From the IMG/VR virus record IMGVR_UViG_3300035102_000425, positions 1 through 24,415 of that record: a stretch of DNA of 24,415 nt. One strand, given 5' to 3'. A model generated the notes under the pieces. It made no database searches, was not told where the DNA came from, and saw nothing but the letters and a program-made list of their open reading frames with translations. This document shows, piece after piece, positions 24,357 through 24,415 of this stretch (within the stretch, counting starts at the first letter, position 1; every line of letters begins with the position of its first letter). The stretch comes from a virus. Taxonomy: Duplodnaviria > Caudoviricetes. Made by a program: the position numbers and the translations under genes.

Positions 24357-24415
24357 GTGCGTGACTTTCCAAGGCCGAAGCCGGTGAAAGTGAAAATCTT
24401 CGGCGACGAACACGA
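24357..24415 (+). CDS. 5' end of the next tail gene (tail assembly chaperone position), truncated by the window
   Basis: GTG 24357 opens MRDFPRPKPVKVKIFGDEH to the window edge. Confidence 0.5.
   Translation, partial: MRDFPRPKPVKVKIFGDEH

Larger units (their letters stand above)
1..24415. mobile_element. Lambda-like temperate phage/prophage, internal segment (immunity, replication, packaging, head and start of tail modules)
   Basis: Gene order: CI/Cro, Rha, AlpA, replication initiator, DnaC-like, late activator, cos, TerS, GpA TerL, gpW-like, lambda portal, ClpP protease, decoration, capsid, tail genes. No att site or full-length integrase is seen in the window. Confidence 0.97.

Overview
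This window is the middle of a lambda-like (GpA-terminase, cos-type) temperate siphophage or prophage with a GC-rich core; the host cannot be assigned from the sequence. Left to right: (1) a leftward lysogeny/cargo block (1-3532) with a Zn-ribbon membrane protein, an FxLYD-type secreted protein, a membrane EAL c-di-GMP phosphodiesterase, a relic copy of the repressor 3' end, a SWIM Zn-finger gene and a hypothetical gene; (2) a CI/Cro switch (3571-4614); (3) an early and replication block with RHH, Rha, AlpA, LysM, a replication initiator with an internal iteron origin, a DnaC-like loader, a DUF1599/Nmad protein and a RinA/ArpU-type late activator; (4) an accessory island (about 11250-14520) with AT-rich genes for a long HicB-like protein, a HicA-like toxin and a HEPN-motif protein, plus a small tyrosine recombinase with a palindromic site; (5) a putative late promoter, a lambda-like cosQ/cosN, and packaging, head and tail genes running off the right edge. 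The most unusual signals are the recombinase-linked toxin island between the late activator and its apparent promoter, the duplicated repressor 3' end bracketing a two-gene cassette, a start-less -1 frame ORF behind cro with a slippery heptamer and a strong hairpin, and an intact EAL phosphodiesterase in the immunity region. All family calls come from reading motifs by eye; no database searches were run.
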